Source of the DNA: a virus
DNA: 64,000 nucleotides
Virus record (IMG/VR): IMGVR_UViG_2974594041_000001
Location: 4,449-68,448 of that record
Direction: 5' to 3' (one strand)
Shown here: positions 56,128 through 64,000 of the stretch, one piece after another
Position numbering within the stretch: the first letter of the stretch is position 1
How the letters are laid out: each line of letters opens with the position of its first letter
Program-made: the position numbers and the translations under genes
The notes under the pieces: model-generated
What the model saw: the letters and a program-made list of their open reading frames with translations, nothing else
Told to the model about the DNA's origin: nothing
Database searches by the model: none

Positions 56128-56600
56128 GCTTTGTCGTAACGTTTCTCCAGTGCTAGCCCTCGGGCGTGAGATTCGTCAAACGCTCCTGCGAGTTCCGATC
56201 TTTCTGCGCTACAGCTGCTGAACATGTCGGAGAGCACCATTGCGGCTTTGGTTGCTGACGATAGCTGGAATCCAGCGCCGGAAGCGTCAACTGGTTGGTT
56301 TCGCAGTCGAGTTTGTAATTTTGCGAGTTCACCCCGCAGGCTGTCAGAAGAAGCGCGGTCGTGATCAGCAGCACGTTGCAAATTGCCCATTTCTTCAAGA
56401 TGTACATCGGTCAGTTCCTTTGCTTGGGTATCAAGCAATTGTTGCTGGTTAATTTGTGCATTCTTGGCTTCGGCTCTGGCCGTGGCCAATTCTGCTGTTA
56501 ATGTTGCGACTTTCAATTCCCCTTTGAGTTCCCCTTGGTTGTATACCCAAACCAGGAGGAAAAGGAGGAGGGCCGCAGCCCCCAACACCTTCCACTTCAT
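56115..56600 (-). CDS. Rz: i-spanin (Rz-like)
   Basis: N-terminal TM helix and periplasmic coiled coil; follows the endolysin. Confidence 0.85.
   Translation of the reverse strand: MKWKVLGAAALLLFLLVWVYNQGELKGELKVATLTAELATARAEAKNAQINQQQLLDTQAKELTDVHLEEMGNLQRAADHDRASSDSLRGELAKLQTRLRNQPVDASGAGFQLSSATKAAMVLSDMFSSCSAERSELAGAFDESHARGLALEKRYDKARGQ
56153..56407 (-). CDS. Rz1: o-spanin lipoprotein embedded in Rz
   Basis: AAGGA RBS; lipobox LLTAC; Pro-rich; fully nested in an alternative frame. Confidence 0.8.
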   Translation of the reverse strand: MYILKKWAICNVLLITTALLLTACGVNSQNYKLDCETNQLTLPALDSSYRQQPKPQWCSPTCSAAVAQKDRNSQERLTNLTPEG

Positions 56601-57134
56601 CTACACCCCCAATTCTTTGCGGGCCTGTGCGTAGAACGCATCCCAGGTCTCACGGTGAGGCTTACCCGGGCGCCAGGTGCGAATAGCGTAGCATTCCCAT
56701 GCACCGTCTACATCACCAATCTTTGGAAGGGCCTTAGCGTCGCTCAAAAGCAGCAAGCGCGCAAACGCAGCCGCCAGTACGTCATTGGTCTCCATCGCCA
56801 GCCAGACAGTCTCTGCGTCGGCCTTAAGACCTTGCCCACGGCAGATCTCTTGGGCGAGCGGGCCAACCCGATAGTGGTTGAGAACGCCCCACACCCCACC
56901 TTTCGATACAGCATTGCCTTTTTCGAACTGCCAAAAACCAATTGCTGGCCCTTCAGGGACCAATACCCTCTTGCCGTCCACAACCTTGCTGATCAGCTGC
57001 CGCCGGCTGGTAAAGCGAGATTCTTGCAGCCCGATGGTCAGCATGAGGAGTCGCACAGCCAGACTGTCGTAATGCGCCGGAAATAGGCGAAATGCCTGTT
57101 TAAAAACCTTGTTTACTACGTCATTGAGATTCAT
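56601..57134 (-). CDS. Endolysin, lysozyme-like/SLT fold
   Basis: 'TIGLQES' catalytic Glu and 'GPAIGFWQFE' GxxQ motif; upstream of spanins. Confidence 0.8.
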   Translation of the reverse strand: MNLNDVVNKVFKQAFRLFPAHYDSLAVRLLMLTIGLQESRFTSRRQLISKVVDGKRVLVPEGPAIGFWQFEKGNAVSKGGVWGVLNHYRVGPLAQEICRGQGLKADAETVWLAMETNDVLAAAFARLLLLSDAKALPKIGDVDGAWECYAIRTWRPGKPHRETWDAFYAQARKELGV

Positions 57135-57136
57135 TG

Positions 57137-60100
57137 TTAACTCCAAGCTAAAAGTTCAATTTGGGATGTAAAGTTTGCGGGTGTTACACCTAAGGTGGTA
57201 CCCCCAGTATTAACGATGATAATACCGCCGTTACCAATGTTCAGGGAAAAGCTGGTAGATGTAATGTTAGCAGCCTGAACACCATAAGATGCTGCTGCAC
57301 TACCACCATAACTACCATTACTAACTGGAATTTTGAAAGTTGTTCCTACGGGCCACCCCCCTTGCGCGGTAGTAAGCGTCATTTTTACATGGATGAGGTC
57401 AGGTATTGTTCCTAGTGTGTGGTTAATGACAACAGGAGCAGCTGTTATACTTACGTTTGCTGAGGTCCAACGCTTAACTTTAATTGCATCAAGCGCAGCA
57501 ATCTGTGCGTTTTGGTTATTGACGGTAGAAGCCAGGGCAGTAACATCTACAGAACCTGGATTCACTGCTGCAGCGGCGCCATGCACACACCAAATTACAG
57601 TCTCGTTCGCCGAGCGGGTTTCGGTACCAGCTCGGGCAATTCTGGAAGCATCGAAACTTACCTGGCTAGCCTGGTTTGTCGCTGCTGCGCTACCCGAGTC
57701 AGCATTAGCAAGGCCGGTACCCTGGAACGCCCCCGCAAACGCTGCTGGGTTGAATCGCGTGGCGTTGGTGGATCCCGAGAATGTACCAGTAATATTTTGC
57801 AGCTGGTCAGCCTGATGTAGGCCAGGTGTACCAGCCGAGTTCTTGCCGTCACCACGCAAAACCATTGCCGCAATAGTATTCCCATCGGCATGTTTACCAT
57901 TGGTGTCTGGCATGCGGAATGTGGTAGTACCATTACCTTTGGAAGGCAAACCACGAGACGTATAAGGGGCAGCCAGCCAGACAGAATCATCCACGGCCAC
58001 AGTGGAGTAAAGAGCCCACAAATCAGGCCAGGTAGCACGGTCAACAAGCTGACCATCCTTAGGGAGGCTGCCTGCTGGGATAGTAGCCCGGGAGACTGTC
58101 CAGGCATAAGTCATGCCTACAGACATACCTGTGCCGCCAGCCTCCACTTCACGCCAGATACCATCGTCACACAGATACTTAGGCTTGGCTCCCTTGATAG
58201 CAGGTGCAGGAACCATACCGGCTACACCAGCAGCAACCGCAGTTGCACCCTGGAACGTAGGCAGGTTGGCGACATCCATTACCGTAGTGCCGGATGGGTA
58301 GGTGACCAGTTCTGTGAACTGAGTCAATGCACCCGCAGTCATGCGTCGAACACCTGCACGAACAGGATTGCTGCGTGAAAAAAGCAACTGGGTGAACTCA
58401 GTGGCCGCAGACGAAGGGATAACGTACGACTGAGAACCTGCCGGGAAACCAGCAATAGGATTGGTAGTGCCGGAGGTTGTCCACGAAGGGCCGGACTGAG
58501 CAGGTGCAGAAAGATTGGCAATGGAAGGCGCCATCCAACCTGTAATGGCCCACTGTAATTTAGCCAAGGCAGTCAATACGGAATCAGCCGAGGTGACCTG
58601 CGCCGCCGCTACTGTAGGCAGCGTGAAACCAGTCAGCAAACTAGCCAGAGTACGGGCGTTGGTCCAGTACTTATTGTTGGCGCCCTCAACCAAATTATCA
58701 GTGCTTTGCAGGCTGGTTTTATCAATTTTAGCGTCAAGCGCGGCTTGTTGAGCCACAGATACAGGCTTTGCTGTATCAGGGGTGTTATCTGCCAGAGGCA
58801 GGCCAACATCTGCCTTTGCCAGCACGACTACGCCAGTTTTGCCGTTTACCGACGAAACTGCTTCCGTGTTGTCGATCTTGTAGAACTGATCAAGGGTTTT
58901 GGAATAAACCAAGGAATCGCCGATTCCGTAGTCAACACCGCTTACCACACCGCCTACAGTTACCTTCCAGATACCGGCTACCGCAGGCTTTGGAGGATAT
59001 GCGTTGGACGATAGGTCAATACCCCCCATCTCAACTAGGGCACCCGCAATCGAAGCAGCAGCATCAACAGCCTGATCTCGGGCAGTTTTTGCTTCAGCTG
59101 CATTCTGTGCTGTATTAGCCGCATTAAGTGCTACTTCCTCAGCGGAAGCTTCTACCAAATTGGCCGCAGCAGTAACAGCAGTACGATCCAAGCCAGTTTG
59201 CGTAGCATTCTGCGTAGACGTTTCTTCTGCTTGAATTGCCGCGTCAGCTGCAGCCGTGGCGACCGTGGCAGCATTACTTGCAATACCGGCATTCGTTGCT
59301 ACTTCAGCTTTGGCTTGAGATGCAGTCAAAGCATCAGCCGCAGCCGAGTCTTCGCTGTTTTTGGCAGCAGTGGCAGACAGGCCGGCAGCCGATTCGCTAG
59401 CTTCAGCACGTTCTGCCGATAAGGTGGCTGCTTGCGTAGCGGAGACTGCAATGCCCGCCTGCTCGGATGCAATCGTAGACGCGGAAGTTGCCGCCTCCTC
59501 AGATGCTTGAGCATGTTCGGCATGCATTGCAGAAGCCGTTTCACTGAGACCAGATGCGGTCTCACTCAGCTTGGCTTGCGCAGCAGCTTCAACGGCTTGC
59601 TCAGCGCTGTTAATTGCCGTCTGTGCCAACTCAGCAGCATGTGCAGCAAGTACAGCGTCCTCGGCAGCCTGAGCTGCAGCGTCACGGGCGTCTTGTGCAT
59701 CGCTCGCCACAGTATCTTCAGATGCCTTGGCCCGTACAGCAGAGTCCTCGGCCGCAGTAGCAGCCGCAGTAGAGGCAGCTTTAGCATCAATGATGATAGC
59801 CAGAGCCGCTTCATCCCACGGACGGGACCAGGTAGGGGTGGATACGATCAGCGTTTCTACTTTTACGGGCACTACCGAGTCAGGCACCAGGAACTTATAC
59901 CGCAGACCAGACATGCAACCATCAGTGCTTTCTTCAGCCTGTGGGAGATCCATGATCAGGTAGTAAAGGGCATTGCCCGGAGGCAGTTCAAGCGTGCACT
60001 CACCTTGCGCATCCGTCAGGCCTGTAACATCACCAGGCAGCAGAATCCCTGCGTTGGTGGTCTCGTCAAAGCTGGGCTTTCGGACAGTGACAACAAACGG

Positions 60101-60157
60101 GGCATTTGCCACCGGATCGCCGTCGGGCTGTTGAAATTTGAAAATAACGGCAGTCAT
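57137..60157 (-). CDS. Long tail fibre protein
   Basis: AGGAG RBS; lambda-stf-like N-terminus, Ala-rich coiled coil, tail-collar domain ('PAGSLPKDGQLVDRATWPDLW...FRMPD'). Confidence 0.88.
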   Translation of the reverse strand: MTAVIFKFQQPDGDPVANAPFVVTVRKPSFDETTNAGILLPGDVTGLTDAQGECTLELPPGNALYYLIMDLPQAEESTDGCMSGLRYKFLVPDSVVPVKVETLIVSTPTWSRPWDEAALAIIIDAKAASTAAATAAEDSAVRAKASEDTVASDAQDARDAAAQAAEDAVLAAHAAELAQTAINSAEQAVEAAAQAKLSETASGLSETASAMHAEHAQASEEAATSASTIASEQAGIAVSATQAATLSAERAEASESAAGLSATAAKNSEDSAAADALTASQAKAEVATNAGIASNAATVATAAADAAIQAEETSTQNATQTGLDRTAVTAAANLVEASAEEVALNAANTAQNAAEAKTARDQAVDAAASIAGALVEMGGIDLSSNAYPPKPAVAGIWKVTVGGVVSGVDYGIGDSLVYSKTLDQFYKIDNTEAVSSVNGKTGVVVLAKADVGLPLADNTPDTAKPVSVAQQAALDAKIDKTSLQSTDNLVEGANNKYWTNARTLASLLTGFTLPTVAAAQVTSADSVLTALAKLQWAITGWMAPSIANLSAPAQSGPSWTTSGTTNPIAGFPAGSQSYVIPSSAATEFTQLLFSRSNPVRAGVRRMTAGALTQFTELVTYPSGTTVMDVANLPTFQGATAVAAGVAGMVPAPAIKGAKPKYLCDDGIWREVEAGGTGMSVGMTYAWTVSRATIPAGSLPKDGQLVDRATWPDLWALYSTVAVDDSVWLAAPYTSRGLPSKGNGTTTFRMPDTNGKHADGNTIAAMVLRGDGKNSAGTPGLHQADQLQNITGTFSGSTNATRFNPAAFAGAFQGTGLANADSGSAAATNQASQVSFDASRIARAGTETRSANETVIWCVHGAAAAVNPGSVDVTALASTVNNQNAQIAALDAIKVKRWTSANVSITAAPVVINHTLGTIPDLIHVKMTLTTAQGGWPVGTTFKIPVSNGSYGGSAAASYGVQAANITSTSFSLNIGNGGIIIVNTGGTTLGVTPANFTSQIELLAWS

Positions 60158-60221
60158 CGACTGTCTCCTGAAAAATGAGCGAATTTCCGCGAAAAGTATC
60201 GCATAACCCCTGGAGGTTTGC

Positions 60222-60467
60222 ATGAAATATGTGATTGTGCTTATTGGTCTGGCCTTGCTTTACGGGTGCTACAGTAACCAGGCGCGCTGGGCCGCATTTG
60301 CAGACAAAAACCAGTGTGTTGCAACAGGAAGGAAGAAAGAACTTCTGGCGGGATCGATTTATAAAATACCGCAGCGACGTGTAGTCTTTGAGTTCCAATG
60401 CGGTGACCAGAAGGTTTGGTCCGACTTGGGCAACTACACGCGCTATAACGAGTGGTTGGAGCTTTAA
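60222..60467 (+). CDS. Small lipoprotein antisense within the tail module (Cor/Llp-like position)
   Basis: GGAGG RBS; signal peptide with LLYG-C lipobox; two further Cys. Confidence 0.65.
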   Translation: MKYVIVLIGLALLYGCYSNQARWAAFADKNQCVATGRKKELLAGSIYKIPQRRVVFEFQCGDQKVWSDLGNYTRYNEWLEL

Positions 60468-61126
60468 TTGCCCGCAATAAAACCCATAGGAAAGTAAGCA
60501 GTCTTTCCCTGCAGCTGGTTAGCTGATGGGTTGATTGTATCCCCGATAGTCATACGCAGTTCTGTACGGGCTGCGTTGACTTTGATCAAGTAGGACTCTT
60601 GATAGGACAGATCGCCACCTCCTGCAACGATAGCTCGCGTCAGTGTTGCCTGGCTAACATTAATCCACGGCATTTGTTGCCAACCTGCCAATGGAGCAAC
60701 ACCCTGGATAATACTCCCTGAGTTGTTAACAACAGGACCTGGTATAGGCACAATTGTGGTAATACGAGCAAAACGGTTATTCGTGCTAAACAGAAGGCTC
60801 CCATCTCCCTTGAAGGTTTCCAAACCAAAAGTACGAACACCACCTGGGTTCCAGCTAGTAGGGGAGCAGCACATCACCCAGTCAAAGTTACCCTTGCAGT
60901 AAACCAGCAGCTGATTATTGCGACGCTGGTAGATAGTGAAACCTCCGCACCAAGATTCAGCAGCCGGCCGAATAAAAACAGTAGGAGGTTCAGGCCAAGC
61001 CGGCCATGTACGTTGAATACTCAGGTTGGACTGATTGCCTGAATAAACAACGTTCATCATGGGATCAGTATCGTTAACGATCTCAATGTTGTCTTTATTG
61101 TTAATCTGAAAAGTAACACCTGTCAT
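60464..61126 (-). CDS. Tail tip / receptor-binding accessory protein
   Basis: 220 aa, beta-rich; position downstream of the J-like gene. Confidence 0.6.
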   Translation of the reverse strand: MTGVTFQINNKDNIEIVNDTDPMMNVVYSGNQSNLSIQRTWPAWPEPPTVFIRPAAESWCGGFTIYQRRNNQLLVYCKGNFDWVMCCSPTSWNPGGVRTFGLETFKGDGSLLFSTNNRFARITTIVPIPGPVVNNSGSIIQGVAPLAGWQQMPWINVSQATLTRAIVAGGGDLSYQESYLIKVNAARTELRMTIGDTINPSANQLQGKTAYFPMGFIAGN

Positions 61127-61446
61127 AACTGCATCACCGTATAAAAAACGTCAGGGCCTTCTTTTTCCCATGGGTTAGTGTCATCCCACTCCCAAAAGTC
61201 GATCCGCTCGTAGCGGAAGTAACCATCGTATATCTCGACAATACAGCTACCTGTAGCGTTTACAAACCAGGTGCCGTCATTCTTAATGCCCGGGATAACT
61301 ACAGTGCGCACACCAGAACCTGGCGGATAGACAGCGGGGACACTCAGTTGTCCCCGTGCAACGAATCGGGTCAGACGGTCAGTGACCGCAATCTGCCCGC
61401 TGCCGTCGGCATACCACGTCTCTACTCCAGCGAAATCGTCTGCCAT
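61123..61446 (-). CDS. Small tail tip protein
   Basis: 107 aa; 'G.E.WYADGS..I..TDRL.RF' pattern typical of post-J genes. Confidence 0.6.
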   Translation of the reverse strand: MADDFAGVETWYADGSGQIAVTDRLTRFVARGQLSVPAVYPPGSGVRTVVIPGIKNDGTWFVNATGSCIVEIYDGYFRYERIDFWEWDDTNPWEKEGPDVFYTVMQL

Positions 61447-61447
61447 A

Positions 61448-62737
61448 TTACCCCCAAATACCCAGGCGTACGCGCAGTACGTTGTTGCTGTCAAATACCT
61501 GAATCAGGCGGTTAGTCATAGTCAAACGGCCACCCCCGGCAGCAGGACCGTTGAATTCTAAGTCGCCGTTGGCGCGCAGCACCCAACCGGATACACCTGC
61601 AACGTAATTCAAAGATTGGGCCTGGTTTACAATCAAGGAGTCAACTTGAAGGTAATCAGCACGGATCTTGCCGTTTTCCACAATGAACGAACCAGATTCG
61701 TCTCGAAGCTTGCTGAAGGTCAACTGACGAATCGCCGCATCATCGATATAGACAATGTCGTTCTCGATGATGAAGGGTTTACGCTTATTGCCATTAGTGC
61801 GGCCAACCCAAAACCGGTCGACATCAAACCCTGCTTCTACCGTGGTGCCATCGTTGTAAACACCGAAGCCACCAATCAAACCGTTCACGTTCACTTGTGC
61901 TGTGTATAGCGCACCAATAGCCACAACCTTGCCATCGACCACGTCGATCTTGGTTTGCATGGTTTGTAGTACCTGGGCTAGGTCTTCGCCTACTTGGGTC
62001 TCCAGTCGTGTGAGTTGCTCGGCCATCGCCTGCACTTCGTTGGACAAAGCAGTTTGCTGCACCTGAATAGACGCAAGTCCGCTGCTGGTCTCAGCCCACA
62101 AGGTGTTGACCGTAGAAACAAAGGCGCTGCCCTGCGTGGTGCGCGCAAGCACTTCTTCCTGCAGCAATGCCCGCGTTTCATCGGAATGCGCACCTACTAC
62201 GTTTACTTGTGCCCCTAAGGCCTCGTCCTCACTCTGCCGAGCCAAAATCTCCTGAGTAATACCCAAGGCGTTCAATTCGATGCGGGCAATATCATTTTTG
62301 AGGGCAGGAGCCAAAACACCGTTGTCGATCTTACCGGTGAGGTCTTCCAGCATCTGATCGATACGGGGCTTCGCTACTGTAGTTGCCGGTCCGATCAGTT
62401 CCGATTTAGTGCCGTAGATCGAAGTCAGGAGAATCCAGTAGTAATAAGCAGTCGGAAACTCGTTGGTTGTCTTGTCGTAGAAGAAGTTGCCCGCAGCTGC
62501 CGCTACATGTGTGGTAGCTGCCATAAAGTCTGGCGTAGTGCCGCGATAGATCGTGGTGTACGCAACAGCTTCCGGGTAGGTGTCGGGCCACGTCCAGTTT
62601 ACGTCGATACCACCATAAGCAGGCACAGCCGTAATAAGAATGTCCGAAGTGTTCGGATCACCCGGCTTTGGGCCATTCCACAGCCCAGTACCGCAGACGT
62701 ATTCGCCTGTTGCGGTAACTACACAAACTTGGCTCAT
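61448..62737 (-). CDS. Truncated J-like central fibre (FN3, coiled coil, DUF1983-like)
   Basis: FN3-like N-terminus; 'YTAQVNVNG.IGGFG', 'PFIIEND.VYIDDA.I', terminal 'VFDSNNVLRVRLG'. Confidence 0.75.
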   Translation of the reverse strand: MSQVCVVTATGEYVCGTGLWNGPKPGDPNTSDILITAVPAYGGIDVNWTWPDTYPEAVAYTTIYRGTTPDFMAATTHVAAAAGNFFYDKTTNEFPTAYYYWILLTSIYGTKSELIGPATTVAKPRIDQMLEDLTGKIDNGVLAPALKNDIARIELNALGITQEILARQSEDEALGAQVNVVGAHSDETRALLQEEVLARTTQGSAFVSTVNTLWAETSSGLASIQVQQTALSNEVQAMAEQLTRLETQVGEDLAQVLQTMQTKIDVVDGKVVAIGALYTAQVNVNGLIGGFGVYNDGTTVEAGFDVDRFWVGRTNGNKRKPFIIENDIVYIDDAAIRQLTFSKLRDESGSFIVENGKIRADYLQVDSLIVNQAQSLNYVAGVSGWVLRANGDLEFNGPAAGGGRLTMTNRLIQVFDSNNVLRVRLGIWG

Positions 62738-62785
62738 AAAGCCCCCTTATCATATTTGAACGCGATTCTACACCCCTTTTCCCTA

Positions 62786-62864
62786 GCAAACACCATCCGT
62801 CGTCCCACCCAACCGAGTGAGCGAAGCGAACGAGGGCCGGGATGGGTAAGACGGTGGGGTTTGC
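62786..62864 (+). other. Long hairpin with pas/ssi-like loop
   Basis: About 20-bp imperfect stem (GCAAAC..GTTTGC, CCGTC..GACGG, CCCA..TGGG); loop contains GTGAGCG and GCGAAGC. Confidence 0.55.
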
Positions 62865-62868
62865 GTGC

Positions 62869-62897
62869 TTGACGCTTGTCATATTCCGTAATACTCT
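62869..62897 (+). promoter_or_regulatory. Putative sigma70 promoter
   Basis: TTGACG-17 nt-TACTCT. Confidence 0.45.
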
Positions 62898-62956
62898 AAT
62901 TCCACGGTCAGCAGCAAAACCTTATCTTTCTTCTTGAAAATCAGTGCTCTAGACCC

Positions 62957-62985
62957 AAACCCGCCACTACTCTGGCGGGTTTTTT
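62957..62985 (+). terminator. Rho-independent terminator
   Basis: AAACCCGCCA-6 nt-TGGCGGGTTT followed by TTT. Confidence 0.8.
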
Positions 62986-63122
62986 GTTGTCTATTTTTTA
63001 TTGTTCTTCTGGTCTCTCCCCGCCTACGCTCTCGTGCTCGCTTGCGCGCGCCTGCGGCGTGCTCGCGGCACTTCGCTCGGCGTGTCGAGCCCACTTCTGG
63101 TGGTGGGTGAGTGAGGGGAGTC

Positions 63123-63137
63123 GCTCCCTCCGGGAGC
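63123..63137 (+). promoter_or_regulatory. N4 P2-like hairpin
   Basis: GCTCCC-TCC-GGGAGC, same CCC-TCC-GGG core as 39604. Confidence 0.4.
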
Positions 63138-63230
63138 CTTCATGATCGCATAGCGAATCGGGGAGGAGAGTCCCCTCTTATATACATGGGTCCGTTTCGA
63201 TTGGACAAAAATTAACCACAGGTAACCCCT

Positions 63231-63716
63231 ATGAATCTGCAAGATGAGTACCCAAACCTTGCCGCTTCCCTGGGGCAATCTGGAACGGATCGAGTGAACA
63301 TGCACTTGCAACGTGACTACGCCCCCAGCTCCAACCGTGTGCGGTTCCTACACAATCCACACCATCAGCGATTTGCCTTCTTCAAGCGCCTGGGCGACAA
63401 CCCCCTAATCGAAAACATCGTCACAGGGGTATGCACCCTGGACCATGGTTCCGGTGGCAATCTGTCACCGACGCGCCTGTTCGTTGTGCTGTCCTACATG
63501 GAGAGCATTTCCAGCGAACACCTGGCCAGCGTGCTATGCCTATCGGATCGCCAAGCGCGCCGGTATATGGCAGCGGCGAAGCTGGTCATACTCCGTATGA
63601 CGAAGCACTTGGCACCTCGCGTGCTGGTACGTCATGAACCATCGTTGGCCGAACTGCGCCGACTCCACCAACTGAAAAAGGAAACCGTGCATGCAGTACA
63701 ACACGAATGTCCGTGA
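63231..63716 (+). CDS. HTH DNA-binding protein
   Basis: 'ISSEHLASVLCLSDRQARRYM' HTH signature; AGGT RBS. Confidence 0.65.
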   Translation: MNLQDEYPNLAASLGQSGTDRVNMHLQRDYAPSSNRVRFLHNPHHQRFAFFKRLGDNPLIENIVTGVCTLDHGSGGNLSPTRLFVVLSYMESISSEHLASVLCLSDRQARRYMAAAKLVILRMTKHLAPRVLVRHEPSLAELRRLHQLKKETVHAVQHECP

Positions 63717-64000
63717 CACTGACGGCAACGTTTTGCACCAAGACCACCTGTATCGCATAAACAATACAGGGGGGCTGATTAACTACGGGCTTATGCAGGA
63801 AAACACAGTAGTTGCCAAAAACGATGAGGAAGCTGAGCAGATGGCCCGGGACTTCCCAGCCTACTGGAAAAAGCTGCCTGAGCATTGGACGGCCATCGAC
63901 ACCTACCGCGTCAACCGGCTGTTCCCTGTCGACGATCCATCCGGGCAGTTGCTGCACAGCCGTAAGAAGCTGCTGGTGCCCGGTTGCCGCACTGGTGGTA
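63691..64000 (+). CDS. Conserved phage hypothetical protein (partial)
   Basis: AAGGA RBS; 'IDTYRVNRLF.V.DP...LLHSRKKLLVPG.R.GG'; runs off the edge. Confidence 0.7.
   Translation, partial: MQYNTNVRDTDGNVLHQDHLYRINNTGGLINYGLMQENTVVAKNDEEAEQMARDFPAYWKKLPEHWTAIDTYRVNRLFPVDDPSGQLLHSRKKLLVPGCRTGG

Noticed and set aside
58900-59800. Apparent repeats in the tail fibre
   Set aside because: Ala-rich coiled-coil codons, not nucleotide-level repeats; no TR/VR pair, reverse transcriptase, invertase or six sites seen, so no DGR or shufflon.
1-64000. tRNAs, CRISPR arrays, integrase, transposase, introns, inteins, HNH endonucleases
   Set aside because: No cloverleaf/TTC-arm signatures, repeat-spacer arrays or relevant motifs seen by eye; polymerase, terminase and helicase frames are uninterrupted and of normal size. 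A tRNAscan or Infernal run would be needed to exclude RNAs rigorously.

Overview
This window is most of the genome of a lytic N4-like podovirus (Schitoviridae). The host is probably a Pseudomonas, inferred from a Drc-like protein, an AlgR-like LytTR protein and Pseudomonas-prophage-like accessory genes, as in LUZ7/LIT1-type phages. The assembly looks circularly permuted. 1-24.7 kb (- strand) is the late/virion block: the giant virion RNA polymerase (missing from the ORF track because it runs off the left edge), ejection proteins, capsid, portal and terminase. The physical genome end probably falls near 25.1-25.3 kb. 25.3-56.1 kb (+ strand) holds the early and middle genes: vRNAP-type hairpin promoters, Drc, two-subunit RNAPII, AAA+/VWA proteins, helicase, DNA polymerase A, dCTP deaminase and holin. 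56.1-62.7 kb (- strand) is an inverted lysis plus tail-fibre module. It is followed by a hairpin-rich non-coding region and an HTH gene. Primase, SSB and rIIA/B were not recognised and presumably lie outside the window. I saw no tRNA, CRISPR array, integrase, intron or intein. The most striking unexplained signals are: (i) 13 small early genes plus one orphan fragment sharing a C-terminal [VLP]P[DE]xx[KR][LM]AxML motif; (ii) a ClpX-like ATPase lacking the ClpP-docking loop; (iii) a stand-alone AlgR-like LytTR protein; (iv) a siphovirus-like J/cor/stf tail cassette with an antisense lipoprotein; (v) an origin-like region with primosome-assembly-site-like hairpins; (vi) an inverted cassette beside an RHH regulator. 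All family assignments come from motif recognition and memory, not database searches.
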